Part shown: in pieces, positions 63,965 to 64,000 of the stretch
Layout: each line of letters begins with the position of its first letter
Numbering within the stretch: position 1 is the first letter of the stretch
From: Haliotis rufescens
Lineage: Eukaryota
Direction of reading: 5' to 3'
Assembly: GCF_023055435.1 (NCBI RefSeq)
Contig: NW_025963890.1
Coordinates: 15,562,001-15,626,000, forward strand
Length of the DNA: 64,000 nt
Notes under the pieces: model-generated
What the model was told of the DNA's origin: nothing
Database searches by the model: none
Seen by the model: the letters and a program-made list of their open reading frames with translations, nothing else
Position numbers and translations under genes: made by a program

Positions 63965-64000
63965 CTGGGCATGTGTTCTCCCCACATTCTTCGGTCTGTC
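63965..64000 (-). CDS. TSP1-repeat/PAN protein: 3' end of a type A exon, cut by the window edge
   Basis: QTEECGENTCP|gttcgg, same as the other type A exons. Confidence 0.8.

Overview
AT-rich, intron-rich eukaryotic (animal) DNA; the SINE complement points to a mollusc, probably a gastropod such as abalone (inference). There are two multi-exon genes, both on the minus strand. (1) The 5' part of an SVEP1/polydom orthologue: 21 coding exons traced by hand from the ATG at 36473 to 371, continuing past the left edge. Domain order is signal peptide, vWA, EGF-like, ephrin-receptor-like, 3 sushi, 2 HYR, sushi, furin-site linker, 3 ephrin-receptor-like repeats, EGF array. (2) The 3' end of a TSP1-repeat protein with a C-terminal PAN/Apple domain (64000 to 54559), built by tandem duplication of a two-exon module and carrying decayed pseudo-exons. 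Introns and intergenic DNA hold four SINE families (tRNA-Asp-like, V-domain, Meta-domain, and a non-tRNA family with a structured 5' head) that share one covarying 3' stem-loop. There are also 3' fragments of a zinc-knuckle LINE, several MITE families (9-bp, 6-bp and TA target duplications) and three multi-kb satellites. No prokaryotic features, CRISPR arrays or true tRNA genes are supported. Repeat boundaries are approximate.
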